Below, one piece after another: positions 28,419 to 38,233 of a DNA stretch of 64,000 nt. The notes under the pieces are model-generated. The model was not told the DNA's origin. It ran no database searches and saw only the letters and a program-made list of their open reading frames with translations. The position numbers and the translations under genes were made by a program. Position 1 is the stretch's first letter; each line of letters opens with the position of its first letter. Where the stretch lies: the NCBI GenBank assembly GCA_963663765.2, contig CAXXUA010000013.1, positions 416,001-480,000 on the forward strand. The letters run 5' to 3'. This stretch comes from Candidatus Poribacteria bacterium (lineage in GTDB: Bacteria > Poribacteria > WGA-4E > WGA-3G).

Positions 28419-30923
28419 TTACCATGCACGTATTTTGGACAATTCGGTCTGTTTTTGACACAGATTTGCATAAGTGCCATCTTGCTCAATAAGTTCTTCA
28501 TGTGTACCGATTTCGTCTACTTCACCCTCTTTCAACACGACGAGTCTATTCGCATACTTTAGCGTGGATAATCTGTGTGCGATTGCAAAGACAGTACGAC
28601 CACGTACAAGTCGTTCCAATGCTTCTTGGATTTTAGATTCTGTCTCCGTATCTATAGATGAAGTGGCTTCGTCAAGGATGAGGATTCGCGGGTTTTTGAG
28701 GATTGCACGTGCAATTGAGATACGTTGTCTTTCTCCACCAGAGACACGCGCTCCGCGTTCACCAACCATTGTGTCATATCCATCAGGGAACTTTATGATA
28801 AAGTCGTGTGCATTCGCTGCTTTTGCAGCAGCAATGATCTCGTGTTGTGATGCCCCAGGTTTTGAATACCCAATGTTTTCAGCGATTGTGCCTTCAAACA
28901 AGAACGGGTCTTGAAGTACAACGCCAATCTGCTGTCGTAGTGCTTTAACTTTTATATCTTTGCTATCATGACCGTCTATAACGATTTCACCACGATTTGG
29001 GTCATAAAAACGTGTGATTAAATTAACCAACGTACTTTTTCCCGCGCCACTATGTCCGACCAAACCTATCATTTCACCGGGTTGGACCTCAAAACTAACA
29101 CCGTTAAGTGCAAACTTTTCATTGTCATAAGTGAAAAATACATCTCTAAATTCGATCTCACCCTTTATATTTGATAATGTTACAGCGTCCTGTTTATCAG
29201 CAATACTTGGTGTAGTATCCAAAATCTCAAAAACACGTTCTGCGGAGGTACCTGCTCGAATAAACCTTTCATTCATCTGACAAAGGGTGCGGACAGGTCC
29301 AAAGAACCGCATCATATATGATTGAAACATGAAGAGAGTTCCAAGTGTTAAATCTCCTTGAAATATCTGCCAACCGCCCACAAACCATATAATGATTGAC
29401 CCAGAATATGTAATGAATTCCATCATCGGACGATAGAGCGAACCAAGTTTTGCTGCGTTCATTTCACCAGAAAAAACCTGATGGGTTAGTTCACTAAAAC
29501 GACTAATTTCATAACGTTCTCGCGCAAATGCCTTTACAACACGCACGCCTGGAATTGTGCTGGATAGTATAGTACTAATATTTGCATACCGTTTCCATAA
29601 TACAGAATACACTTTACTCATCAATTTTCCAAAATATATTGTGAAAATGATAATACACGGAATAGGGATGAGTGTCCACATTGCCAACTTCCAGTGGAAT
29701 GAAAACATAATAATGCACATATAGATGAGCGTGAGAGAATCACCGACAATATCCTGTAACCCGTTTGCAATGAAGTCTCTGAGTCTGGAAACATCACTCG
29801 TAATTCTGGACATTAGATTACCAGTATCCCGTTCATGGAAAAAATCTATGGATAGAGCATTCAGATGTTCATAAGTTTCATTTTGCATCCGTCTTGTGAT
29901 ATTCTGTCCTACCCATGCCATCATATAACCACGGATGGAGGAGGCTCCCATAGAAAAGACCCTAATACTTGCCATGATTATAACGATTCCAACAAGATGT
30001 CCAAAACTACCGCCGAGGGGCATGGTACCAAACCATTCGCCTAATGTATTTATGAATCCCTGTAGATGTCCCCATGTAGTTACGGGTAATTGTTCGCCAG
30101 CAGCAAGTGCTGATCCAACCGGTGTAAGTATTTTGTCAATCAAATCCCTACTAAGTATGGCAGGATAGAGTGATACCAACCTTATCAACATCATTATGAG
30201 GAATGCTGGTATGATGATGTATAAAAATGGAAATGCGTATTTGAAGAGTCGGAATATGAGTTTGCTGTTTTGCTGGCAGTTTATACACACACCAGTCCAA
30301 CTTGGTACTGGATTTCCACACTTTTCGCAACGGACTCTGTCTCCCCCTTTTTGCAATCCTTGCATGCCGTCAGGTCTGGGACCTCGCCTGCCGCGTCGAC
30401 CGCGTCCAGGACCGGGACCTTTTCCTTGTGCTCTAATACCAGGACCTTCAGGTTTTCCCGGTGAAGTTAACCTTTCCAATTCAGTGACTGTAAGGTTAAA
30501 TTTCGGAGTAAGTTTTTTTGAGTACCGTGCTAATTCAATAGCATTTTCTTGTGTGATTACCTTGAGTATGTTGTTTCCGTACATCTCAAGGACTTCAATG
30601 TCTTCAACGGAAGTGATTGTCACTTCGCGCATGTCATGTCCGAGTACACCGTTCTGATTAAAAGCAATAAGTCTTTTATCTGTAACTAATAGCCAATCTT
30701 TTCCATAAGTGCCGTCAAATTGAAGGTCAGTTGAGACAGCAATTTTGATCTCCTCTCCATTATCAAGTATTTCTTGTGCCCTTTTCTCCAGGAGTTCAGG
30801 CACTTCTTCCTTCGTCGTTAACTCAAAATCTCCTTTTTTCATAAAGCGCGGTTTCCCACCGAATGAACTCATACCCATTCGGCGCGAACTGCCACCTCTT
30901 GAACCTGACATAGGACTGTGCAT
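28419..30923 (-). CDS. Fused ABC exporter (TMD + NBD) with N-terminal extension and Zn ribbon
   Basis: CEKC..CINC, ABC_membrane region, GHSGAGKST, VSGGERQR, ILDEATS, AHRLST. Confidence 0.92.
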   Translation of the reverse strand: MHSPMSGSRGGSSRRMGMSSFGGKPRFMKKGDFELTTKEEVPELLEKRAQEILDNGEEIKIAVSTDLQFDGTYGKDWLLVTDKRLIAFNQNGVLGHDMREVTITSVEDIEVLEMYGNNILKVITQENAIELARYSKKLTPKFNLTVTELERLTSPGKPEGPGIRAQGKGPGPGRGRRGRRGPRPDGMQGLQKGGDRVRCEKCGNPVPSWTGVCINCQQNSKLIFRLFKYAFPFLYIIIPAFLIMMLIRLVSLYPAILSRDLIDKILTPVGSALAAGEQLPVTTWGHLQGFINTLGEWFGTMPLGGSFGHLVGIVIIMASIRVFSMGASSIRGYMMAWVGQNITRRMQNETYEHLNALSIDFFHERDTGNLMSRITSDVSRLRDFIANGLQDIVGDSLTLIYMCIIMFSFHWKLAMWTLIPIPCIIIFTIYFGKLMSKVYSVLWKRYANISTILSSTIPGVRVVKAFARERYEISRFSELTHQVFSGEMNAAKLGSLYRPMMEFITYSGSIIIWFVGGWQIFQGDLTLGTLFMFQSYMMRFFGPVRTLCQMNERFIRAGTSAERVFEILDTTPSIADKQDAVTLSNIKGEIEFRDVFFTYDNEKFALNGVSFEVQPGEMIGLVGHSGAGKSTLVNLITRFYDPNRGEIVIDGHDSKDIKVKALRQQIGVVLQDPFLFEGTIAENIGYSKPGASQHEIIAAAKAANAHDFIIKFPDGYDTMVGERGARVSGGERQRISIARAILKNPRILILDEATSSIDTETESKIQEALERLVRGRTVFAIAHRLSTLKYANRLVVLKEGEVDEIGTHEELIEQDGTYANLCQKQTELSKIRAW

Positions 30924-31239
30924 AAATTAAACCCCATAGAAATAATTTAAATGACTTTACTTATTAACGAATTTTATGGTGAAAAGTTGAATTAAATTCA
31001 TTTCATTCATGATTTATGAATATAGTAAAACATAAAATCAATTGGGAACTTTTGTATCGTAAACTTCCAGTTTGCGTCCTCACAAGCACAATCTAAAAGA
31101 GAATTATTATAATTTTACCTAACCCTGTATGTGCAGTTTCCTAACCGCATTGCATTGTCTGATTCTCGGTATAAACGGGTTCCGCTGACTATGGGTACTG
31201 GATAAAGTTGAATTTGTCTTGTCTTTTCATCAAAACGCT

Positions 31240-31512
31240 ACAACTTAAACCTAATTTGCTGAAGCATACAGCAACCGAGGAGTCACTAAAGCTGCCTTGG
31301 GACAGCACCTTCTGCTATTATTGACTTTTATGACAATTCGGTTCAAGACTGATTTCGCTGATGTCTATAGCAATCGTGGGATAACGAAAGTCTTGTTAGG
31401 TCTTTGCTCGGAGGGTAAGTAAAATCTCAAAAGAGCATTGAAACTTGCAATACAATCAGGTAATCAATTACTCAAAACAGCTATTGAGAATAGTCTTAGT
31501 GAACTTAATTGA
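31240..31512 (+). pseudogene. Decayed TPR C-terminus paralogous to 34321-35796
   Basis: NRGITKVLLGLCSEGK*NLKRALKLAIQSGNQLLKTAIENSLSELN* versus NRGIMKSLLGRTREAKQDLLTALRLAEKAGD; internal stop and frameshifts. Confidence 0.7.
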
Positions 31513-31661
31513 ATTGTAAAAATTTCTCTATACACACATACTTGAGATGATATAAGAATTTATGGTTTGTTTGCAACTTTGATGCGATTTTGGGCGCGGG
31601 TCAGTGCAGCTTCAACTTGTGGACGGTTCAGGTCAGGAGTGTCTGCGGAGAGTTGTTGTTT
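31506..31661 (-). repeat. 156-bp direct repeat of the atpC 3' end plus downstream DNA (matches 38180-38335)
   Basis: About 8 mismatches counted by eye; encodes KQQLSADTPDLNRPQVEAALTRAQNRIKVANKP*. Confidence 0.93.
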
Positions 31662-32128
31662 TAGTGTGGATTTGGTTCTAAAGTCCAACCGCTTTTAGTT
31701 GCAAGTTGAGCAAGTGCGATTTGCAGCAATTTAAATGCATTTTTCTGCTTGTTCTTTGAATCAAAAAATTCAGGTTTTACAATAATTAGTGCATGTGCGG
31801 GATTATCACAAGTTGGATCGGGGATAACATCTACAACATGATCAGCTACCACTTTATTCTTATGTTTTGTTTTTACAACCCCTATTGCACGGACATCACC
31901 TGCCTTAATACTAACAATCCCATTTGTCTTATGCAATAGAGCTGAAGCAGGATCGTAATCTTTTAACTTCGCTCTATCTACAGATGGTTGTAAAGATGGA
32001 TCCCAAAAGGCGTGATACTCAATTATGGATTTTCCGTCTTGAATTATATATTCCTTATCTTCCAATTTACCTCTTACGTTTCGATAGAGTTCCTCATCAT
32101 CTTGCACGGGTTCTCTGCTATTCATCAA
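31661..32128 (-). CDS. Hypothetical protein, candidate ADP-ribosyltransferase-fold toxin
   Basis: E.LYR.V, AF, PSVDR and V..DP..DNPAHALI pattern; overlaps the upstream gene by 11 nt. Confidence 0.6.
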   Translation of the reverse strand: MMNSREPVQDDEELYRNVRGKLEDKEYIIQDGKSIIEYHAFWDPSLQPSVDRAKLKDYDPASALLHKTNGIVSIKAGDVRAIGVVKTKHKNKVVADHVVDVIPDPTCDNPAHALIIVKPEFFDSKNKQKNAFKLLQIALAQLATKSGWTLEPNPH

Positions 32129-32546
32129 TTAACCACTTCCAAAGCGGTAGATAATTTTCAGGTGTTAGAAAATCTACATCCATCTCTGTATCAATGTTCG
32201 TCCCCCAAACTTTGAAGTACTCCGCTTCATGTTCCCCGATTTGAAGGTGTAATTGGCGTTCGTTTTGGTACCACACTGCGGTTACATAACCATATCCATC
32301 GCTGGAGATTGAAGGCGTATCGCATTGATATCCTGAAGAAATAACTGAATCCAACATTGCATCTATTATCTTTTTCGCATGAATTAGGGTCAACTGAGTT
32401 GGTTTTTGCGAACTACGTCCATCCCAGTTATATTCGCGTTGTGATAAGATGTCAAATTGTTCTGATATTTCAAGTTTTTGCTTTTCGGATTGGAACTTTT
32501 GAATTTTGTGTTTATATTCAACAGTATTGTAATTTGCAATACGCAT
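32118..32546 (-). CDS. Hypothetical NWDG-motif protein, candidate partner/antitoxin
   Basis: L..REYNWDG...P.....A..I..P.I..DG.G.V..VW....RQLHLQI pattern. Confidence 0.6.
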   Translation of the reverse strand: MRIANYNTVEYKHKIQKFQSEKQKLEISEQFDILSQREYNWDGRSSQKPTQLTLIHAKKIIDAMLDSVISSGYQCDTPSISSDGYGYVTAVWYQNERQLHLQIGEHEAEYFKVWGTNIDTEMDVDFLTPENYLPLWKWLIDE

Positions 32547-32627
32547 AATGTATATAGGCCTCTCGTAGACTTAGGCGCTATTTTAGCATATCACAGGCAA
32601 ATATATCAAGAAATATTTATAAGTAAT

Positions 32628-32808
32628 TTACAAATTGCTTGCAACTTTTATCCGATTTTGGGCACGGGTGAGTTCTGTTTCTGCGCGGGGACGATTCAGA
32701 TCTGGTGTCTCTGCTGTAAGTTGTTCTTTTAGTGTGAACTTGGTTCTAAAGTCCACCCATTTATTGTAGCAAGCTCAGCAAATGCAATTTGTAGCAATTT
32801 ATTATGAA
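32628..32808 (-). repeat. Module: tail of the 31661 gene fused to a diverged atpC tail
   Basis: KLLQIAFAELATINGWTLEPSSH* overlaps by 1 nt with KEQLTAETPDLNRPRAETELTRAQNRIKVASNL*; same junction as at 31661. Confidence 0.88.
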
Positions 32809-33656
32809 CAGGACTTACGCATTTTCTCTTAAAATCCCCTTGATAAGAAGGATTTTTACCAAATTAACCCGTTTTGTAGCGCGAGGTCGCTGGGGAATCA
32901 TGGTGAATGCCAAAGGAGCATTCGTCAAAAGGCATTGGTCCCGTTGATTTGGTGCCTCGCAATGCTGACTTTATCAAAATAATAATAATCACGTTAATTT
33001 GGTATTAGGGGGTTAAAATCCTGAAATAACGACTTTTTAAGTCCAATATTCCCTTTTTCTGTTTAGTTTGCGTCCGTCCAGATACTATTACTTTGCCTCT
33101 TTTGTTATAGTCTCTTCATCTTTCTGAACCACACTCTCATCAGAAAGACCATCCGATGTTGTTGACAATCCACGTGCGTGACCGCGAACTACACGCTTCA
33201 CGCAAAATAATGCTTACGAGACGCACGAGTCCCGCCTCCCGATCTCACGAAGCAAACACTCATAAGGTGTATCAACGGCATTCAGAACACACCGACGAGA
33301 CTCCCTAATACCAACGATAATACGAATCAACACTCGCACCCCCTTCTTCACATCCCAAACTCACAGAAGTGCGCCTAAGCAACACAGCCAGATCAGCAAT
33401 AACCTCTTGTTATAACCGTATCTAACCCCCCTTTTTCGCGAAGGTTTTTATTATAATTTTTTCCAAAAACACCAAATTATAATGCAATTAATACAACATA
33501 TTCTCAAGGATACCATATTTTCAATCCAAAACACAACATACCATCCTTAAATGTCTGTTCTGGCATTTGAAGGAACCTGTCCACTCTTTGAGTAATTTAG
33601 ATATATTAAGTACTGAAGTAAATAGGGCATCCATTACAGTACCCTTCTGCCAAAAA

Positions 33657-33837
33657 GGGTGTGAAAAGTTTTTGTAGAAACCCTGATATTAAAAGAAGTC
33701 TGTACAGTTTCTATCAAAGCTTGCCTGACGTTAGGAAACTGTGTACATTGTAAGGGCGAGGTTTCCTCGCCCGCGTAAAACTTCTGTTCGGACGGGAGAC
33801 CCCGCCCCTACGCACAGTACCAAAACTTTACACACCC
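33657..33837. mobile_element. IS256-like MITE copy 2, different REP cargo
   Basis: GGGTGTGAAAAGTTTT / AAAACTTTACACACCC; 9-bp TSD TGCCAAAAA. Confidence 0.85.
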
Positions 33838-33853
33838 TGCCAAAAATTCTCCC

Positions 33854-33883
33854 TTGACAAACCACCCTCTGGTCAAGTATAAT
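33854..33883 (+). promoter_or_regulatory. Consensus sigma70 promoter
   Basis: TTGACA, 18-bp spacer, TATAAT, upstream of ATG 33920. Confidence 0.65.
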
Positions 33884-33919
33884 CAACAAAACACCTTTAG
33901 AGAAAACATACGACTGAGC

Positions 33920-34256
33920 ATGGTACAATATGACGAAATCGTGAAGCATTTGATGGACCCGGTTCGCCGATGAGTTCGCTATGCTATCCTTGAATACAAT
34001 CGATGTCAAAGTCTTAAAGACATTGGACACGGAACAGCAACATGTGAAGCAGCTTAACAATGATATGACATTTAAGCAGGAGTAATGTTGCACAACGCCT
34101 ATTTGAAAAAACAACTCCCGTTTCGGACTATGCTAATGGATTCTTGGTAGGCATCTATGAAAGTCATGAAAGCGATTGAAAACTTCCAAGCTGGAATATG
34201 TGCCCTTGAAGCGTAATCGTCTTGTTATTGATACGGACGGTGTTGAACCACACTAA
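33920..34256 (+). pseudogene. Frameshifted, internally deleted Rpn-like (PD-(D/E)XK) gene remnant
   Basis: MVQYDEIVKHLMD / frameshift / RFADEFAMLSL..LDTEQ..VK..NDMTFK. Family call is from resemblance only; the 3' limit is approximate. Confidence 0.45.
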
Positions 34257-34320
34257 CAACTCTCAAATCCATCAGTAATCTTCAAAACTGTGTAAGTCCT
34301 GTTATAAAAAGGAATATACT

Positions 34321-35796
34321 ATGAACTACAGAATTCATTTTATCTGGAAGTTCTCCCAGATCACTATTATCGTTCTTTTCCTCTTTGGCACAATAAGCAC
34401 TGCACCTGCACAAACCACCCTCCCTGCCGAAGAAATTGCTGAAAAAGCGTTAGCAGCGACGGTATACCTGGAGATGAAGGATAAAAACGGCAAGACTTTG
34501 GGCATTGGCAGCGGGTTCTTTGTGAAACCCAACCTAATTGCTACCAACTACCATGTGATTGAAGGTGCTGCTAAAGGCACGGCAAAATTAGTTGGTAAGT
34601 CCACGATATACAAGATTGAAGGTGTTACGGCAACTGACAAGACAAACGACCTTGCACTTCTAAAGGTAACAGCATTCGGTATCAAAGTGCTTTCTCTCGG
34701 TGATAGTGATAAAGTTCGGATTGGTGAGACGGTTTACGTTGCTGGTAACCCAAAAGGTTTGGAAGGCACGTTTTCTGATGGGATTATCAGTAGCCGCCGG
34801 GATAAACTCACGAAGGAACGACTGCAGATGACTGCACCGATTTCTCCTGGGAGTAGTGGTGGACCTGTGTTGAATAAAAAAGGACAGGTTATTGGGGTGT
34901 CCTTTTCTGTACACCGCGCTTTGGATGCACAGAATCTCAATTTTGCTATACCTTCAAAATATCTTAAGAAACTGCTGGAGCAGGAGAAGCCTGCAAAACC
35001 TTTATCACAAGGAAAACGATCTATATCTGCTGAAACCTACTTCAGATGGGGCTATGAAAAATACAAGTCAGGTGACTATTATGGATCCATTGCAGATTAT
35101 ACCAGAGCAATCCAGTTAAAACCCAATGATGCAGTAATTTATTACAACCGTGGACTAGCAAAAGGCAAACTAAAACAACACTTTGCAGCAATTGTTGATT
35201 ATGATACCGCCATTCATCTAAAACCAGATTATGTTGATGCATATAATAATCGTGGACTTCTAAAAAGCAAACTGGGTCAACACTTCGCAGCTATCGCTGA
35301 TTTTGACATAGCACTCAGACTAAAACCTGACTATGCGTTAGCATATTATAATCGGGGACTTGAGAAGTACAATCTAGGTCAAAACTTAGCAGCTATAACA
35401 GATTTTGATATAGCACTTCGCTTAAAATTAGATTTTGCATCCGCTTATGTCAATCGAGGAAATGCAAAATCTAATTTAGGTCAAAATTTCGCAGCTATCG
35501 CTGATTTTGATATGGCACTCAGATTAAAACCTGATCATACTTTAGCATATTACAATCGAGCAAACGAGAAATACAAACTAGGTCAATATGGAGCCGCTAT
35601 AATAGATTACAACCAAACACTTCGCTTGAAACCAAATTTTATTGAAGCGTATATTAATCGAGGAATAATGAAATCTCTGCTGGGTCGTACGAGAGAAGCA
35701 AAACAGGATCTATTAACGGCGTTAAGACTTGCGGAAAAGGCGGGAGATACACGTCTTAAAATCAATATTAAGTTAATACTTAGAAAACTTGACTAA
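34321..35796 (+). CDS. Secreted trypsin-like serine protease with TPR repeats
   Basis: TNYHVI / DLALL / GSSGGP catalytic triad; about 7 AY.NRG TPR repeats; signal peptide. Confidence 0.92.
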   Translation: MNYRIHFIWKFSQITIIVLFLFGTISTAPAQTTLPAEEIAEKALAATVYLEMKDKNGKTLGIGSGFFVKPNLIATNYHVIEGAAKGTAKLVGKSTIYKIEGVTATDKTNDLALLKVTAFGIKVLSLGDSDKVRIGETVYVAGNPKGLEGTFSDGIISSRRDKLTKERLQMTAPISPGSSGGPVLNKKGQVIGVSFSVHRALDAQNLNFAIPSKYLKKLLEQEKPAKPLSQGKRSISAETYFRWGYEKYKSGDYYGSIADYTRAIQLKPNDAVIYYNRGLAKGKLKQHFAAIVDYDTAIHLKPDYVDAYNNRGLLKSKLGQHFAAIADFDIALRLKPDYALAYYNRGLEKYNLGQNLAAITDFDIALRLKLDFASAYVNRGNAKSNLGQNFAAIADFDMALRLKPDHTLAYYNRANEKYKLGQYGAAIIDYNQTLRLKPNFIEAYINRGIMKSLLGRTREAKQDLLTALRLAEKAGDTRLKINIKLILRKLD

Positions 35797-35825
35797 CACA
35801 TCAAGCAAGTTTTCTAAGTATTAAC
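35772..35825. terminator. Perfect 20-bp stem-loop overlapping the protease stop codon
   Basis: GTTAATACTTAGAAAACTTG (35772-35791) / CAAGTTTTCTAAGTATTAAC (35806-35825). No U-tract, so terminator function is uncertain. Confidence 0.5.
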
Positions 35826-35863
35826 AAAAGTCATAGTATCCTAAAATGTTTTTAACTTTAACA

Positions 35864-35892
35864 TTGCCAAACCTTCATTGTTGTGTTACAAT
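35864..35892 (+). promoter_or_regulatory. Sigma70-like promoter for the TIR/macro operon
   Basis: TTGCCA, 17-bp spacer, TACAAT with TG extension. Confidence 0.55.
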
Positions 35893-35928
35893 AATATTTA
35901 CAATAGATTCTTGATAAGCAGGTGAACT

Positions 35929-36432
35929 ATGGCTTACAAAAACAAAATCTACGTTAGTTTCGACGGTGACAATGATATTCACTACTATAGATTGATGAAG
36001 GCCTGGAAACAAAACGACAATTCAAACTTTAATTTTTATGATGCCCATGACCTAAACACCGCGCGTGATTCCAGTGAAGAAGAATCAATCAAGCGTCAAC
36101 TCCGAGTACGGTTTCAAAATAGCAAAACATTCGTTATTTTAATTGGTGAGAGTACACGCTACCTATATAAATTTGTGCGTTGGGAAATGGCGCAGGCATT
36201 GGCTTTAGATTTGCCTATAATCGGTGTAAACTTAAACGGTTTGAGATACCAGGATTCTGAAAGATGTCCACCCATTATCCGCGAAGAACTGGCAGTTTAC
36301 ATCAGTTATAACACCGCCATTTTACAACATGCCTTAGAGACTTGGCCGACGAATCATTCTTCTTTAAAGCTACAGAGGCAGTCAGGACCCTATTATTACA
36401 TGCAAAGTCACTATCAAACATTAGGTCTATGA
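35929..36432 (+). CDS. thsB: Thoeris ThsB-like TIR domain protein (DUF1863/MTH538 type)
   Basis: KIYVSFDGDND, NFYDAHDLN, IKRQLR.R, VILIG..T, FVRWE (catalytic Glu), LPIIGVNLNG. Confidence 0.85.
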   Translation: MAYKNKIYVSFDGDNDIHYYRLMKAWKQNDNSNFNFYDAHDLNTARDSSEEESIKRQLRVRFQNSKTFVILIGESTRYLYKFVRWEMAQALALDLPIIGVNLNGLRYQDSERCPPIIREELAVYISYNTAILQHALETWPTNHSSLKLQRQSGPYYYMQSHYQTLGL

Positions 36433-37391
36433 AATTACCTGTTTTTCTTACAAAGCACTATTTAAAGTCCACACTAATTAAGCTTGGAAAAGTTTTCTTA
36501 GGTATTTTTGGTGCTATTTGGTTGCTAATTGAACCACTTTCCGATCGCTTACCTCAAGCACTAAAATGGGTTCCTGGTGGTAACCTGGCGATATTTTTCG
36601 TAAGTTTGGGAGCGGCATTACTTGCTGCCGTCATTTGGGTCTGGCGAGAATCCAAGGCTTTGCTATCGGTCACCCATGAGTTATATGGAACAGATGTTTC
36701 AATAGAAATTCGAGTTGATGATATATTTAAAATGAAAGGGGCATTTATCATTAGCACGAACACAACATTTGATACCAATATGTCATTTAACTCAAAAATA
36801 TCAGATTCTCACTTGATTTCCCATGAGAGTCTACAGGGACAGTTCACAAATAAATATTATGAAAATAGGGAAGCTCACCTGGACCTTGAAATAAAGGAAG
36901 CCTTAGAAGACGTGAAATCTACTGCAGTGGAAAATCCAATAGGGAAAGTTGAACGATACGAGATTGGAACCGTAGCAAAAGTACATCCCAAAAATCATCT
37001 CCATTCCGTTTATTTGCTCGCAATCGCTAACATAGATCAAAAAGGCAAAGCGTCTAGTACACCTGAAGATGTGTTAAAAAGTCTGACGAAACTTTGGCAG
37101 TTTATTAGTGCACAAGGGGGTTATGGTGACCTTGTTATCCCGGTATTAGGTACAGGCCGGGCGAGGATTCAAGTAAAAATAGAGCAAATGGTCATGGAAA
37201 TTATTAAGTCCTTCATTGCTGCATGTTCAGAGGAAAAATTCTGTAGAAAACTGACAGTCGTTATTTCCGAGAGAGACTATATTAACAACAGTATAAACTT
37301 GACCGAGTTAGGGAGGCATCTACACGTTCATGCGACAGAGCAACGTCTGCGGATACAAGAATCCAAAAAACCAATAGGTAAATCTATCTAA
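36429..37391 (+). CDS. thsA: Thoeris type II ThsA-like effector: 2 TM helices + macro domain
   Basis: ATGA overlap with the TIR gene; two N-terminal TM segments; IRVDDIF..IISTNTTFDT..SLQGQF..YEIGTV..IPVLGTG. Confidence 0.8.
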   Translation: MKLPVFLTKHYLKSTLIKLGKVFLGIFGAIWLLIEPLSDRLPQALKWVPGGNLAIFFVSLGAALLAAVIWVWRESKALLSVTHELYGTDVSIEIRVDDIFKMKGAFIISTNTTFDTNMSFNSKISDSHLISHESLQGQFTNKYYENREAHLDLEIKEALEDVKSTAVENPIGKVERYEIGTVAKVHPKNHLHSVYLLAIANIDQKGKASSTPEDVLKSLTKLWQFISAQGGYGDLVIPVLGTGRARIQVKIEQMVMEIIKSFIAACSEEKFCRKLTVVISERDYINNSINLTELGRHLHVHATEQRLRIQESKKPIGKSI

Positions 37392-37482
37392 CGGGTTTCA
37401 CGATCATATTCTCAAATTCTGGTTCAGACAAAGAAAAGAGAGCATTTGCAAAGCGCGATTACCTACCAATGGAAAAATAAAA

Positions 37483-37721
37483 TTACGAATTGCTCACAAC
37501 CTTAATACGATTTTGTGCTCGCGCAAAAGCCGCTTCTGCGCGCGGTTCAAATCTGGGGGCATCTCCGCAAGTCGTTATTGGGTACGTTCAAGTGCACTTT
37601 CGGCACGGGACACGTCAATATCCGAAAAACGCTTGATGGCTATTAGTGTGGGTTTGGTGCTAAAGTCCATCCATTTTTAGTAGCAAGCCCAGCAAGTGCG
37701 ATTTGTAGCAATTTATTATGA
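37483..37721 (-). repeat. Second module: tail of the 31661 gene + decayed atpC tail
   Basis: KLLQIALAGLATKNGWTLAPNPH*, a 17-bp linker, then SDIDVSRAESALERTQ*..AEAAFARAQNRIKVVSNS* with a stop and frameshift. Confidence 0.85.
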
Positions 37722-37789
37722 ATTTCAAAATGCTAAAAATCTCGTTAATGGGACCCTGTTTATGGAATTGGTATAGCGTCCTCCAAAAT

Positions 37790-38044
37790 CTATTCAAAAA
37801 GTTCTGCCACTAGACATGAAAACCCCGGTACGACATCCTCACCTGTCAAAGTATCTTCATAGTTTAGCAGCGCAAAGTCTGTTTTGGAACGATAGACTAT
37901 AACCGTTTTCATATTCGGTTCAATAACCCAAACAAGCCGTGTCCCCGCCTTCAGATTTGCTAACGCTTTTTCGGTAACATCATAATGCTTATCTGTCGGA
38001 GAAACTATTTCAATAGCGAGGTCAGGGGCATCAGTGTAGCCTTT
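37790..38044 (-). pseudogene. Uma2-family endonuclease, C-terminal half only
   Basis: APDLAIEIVSP..EK....KAGTRLVWVIEP..LTGEDVVPGF..AELFE*; no start codon, cut off at the MITE. Confidence 0.85.
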
Positions 38045-38181
38045 TATAGTGAAATAAACAATTATTTTTACACGTTTTCTGTAGGAGCGATCTCCGAATC
38101 GCGACTGAACGTCTTGATAGTCGGGAATCGGAGTTCCCTCCTACAGCTGAAAGTGTAAAAATAATTCTAAAATCCACTATA
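38045..38181. mobile_element. IS630/Correia-like MITE with GTAG REP cargo
   Basis: TATAGTGAAATAAACAATTATTTTTA / TAAAAATAATTCTAAAATCCACTATA; internal GTAGGAGCGATCTCCGA..TCGGAGTTCCCTCCTAC. Confidence 0.75.
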
Positions 38182-38233
38182 ATTGAATTGTAAAAAATTC
38201 TCTATACACACATACTTGAGATGATGTAAGAAT

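Noticed and set aside
32809-34301. CAGGACTTACGCA ends as one 1.5-kb composite element
   Set aside because: No target duplication, and a degenerate right end near 33081 could equally pair with 32809.
36342-36428. Longer start for the macro-domain gene
   Set aside because: It overlaps the TIR gene by 91 nt; ATG 36429 gives a standard ATGA coupling.
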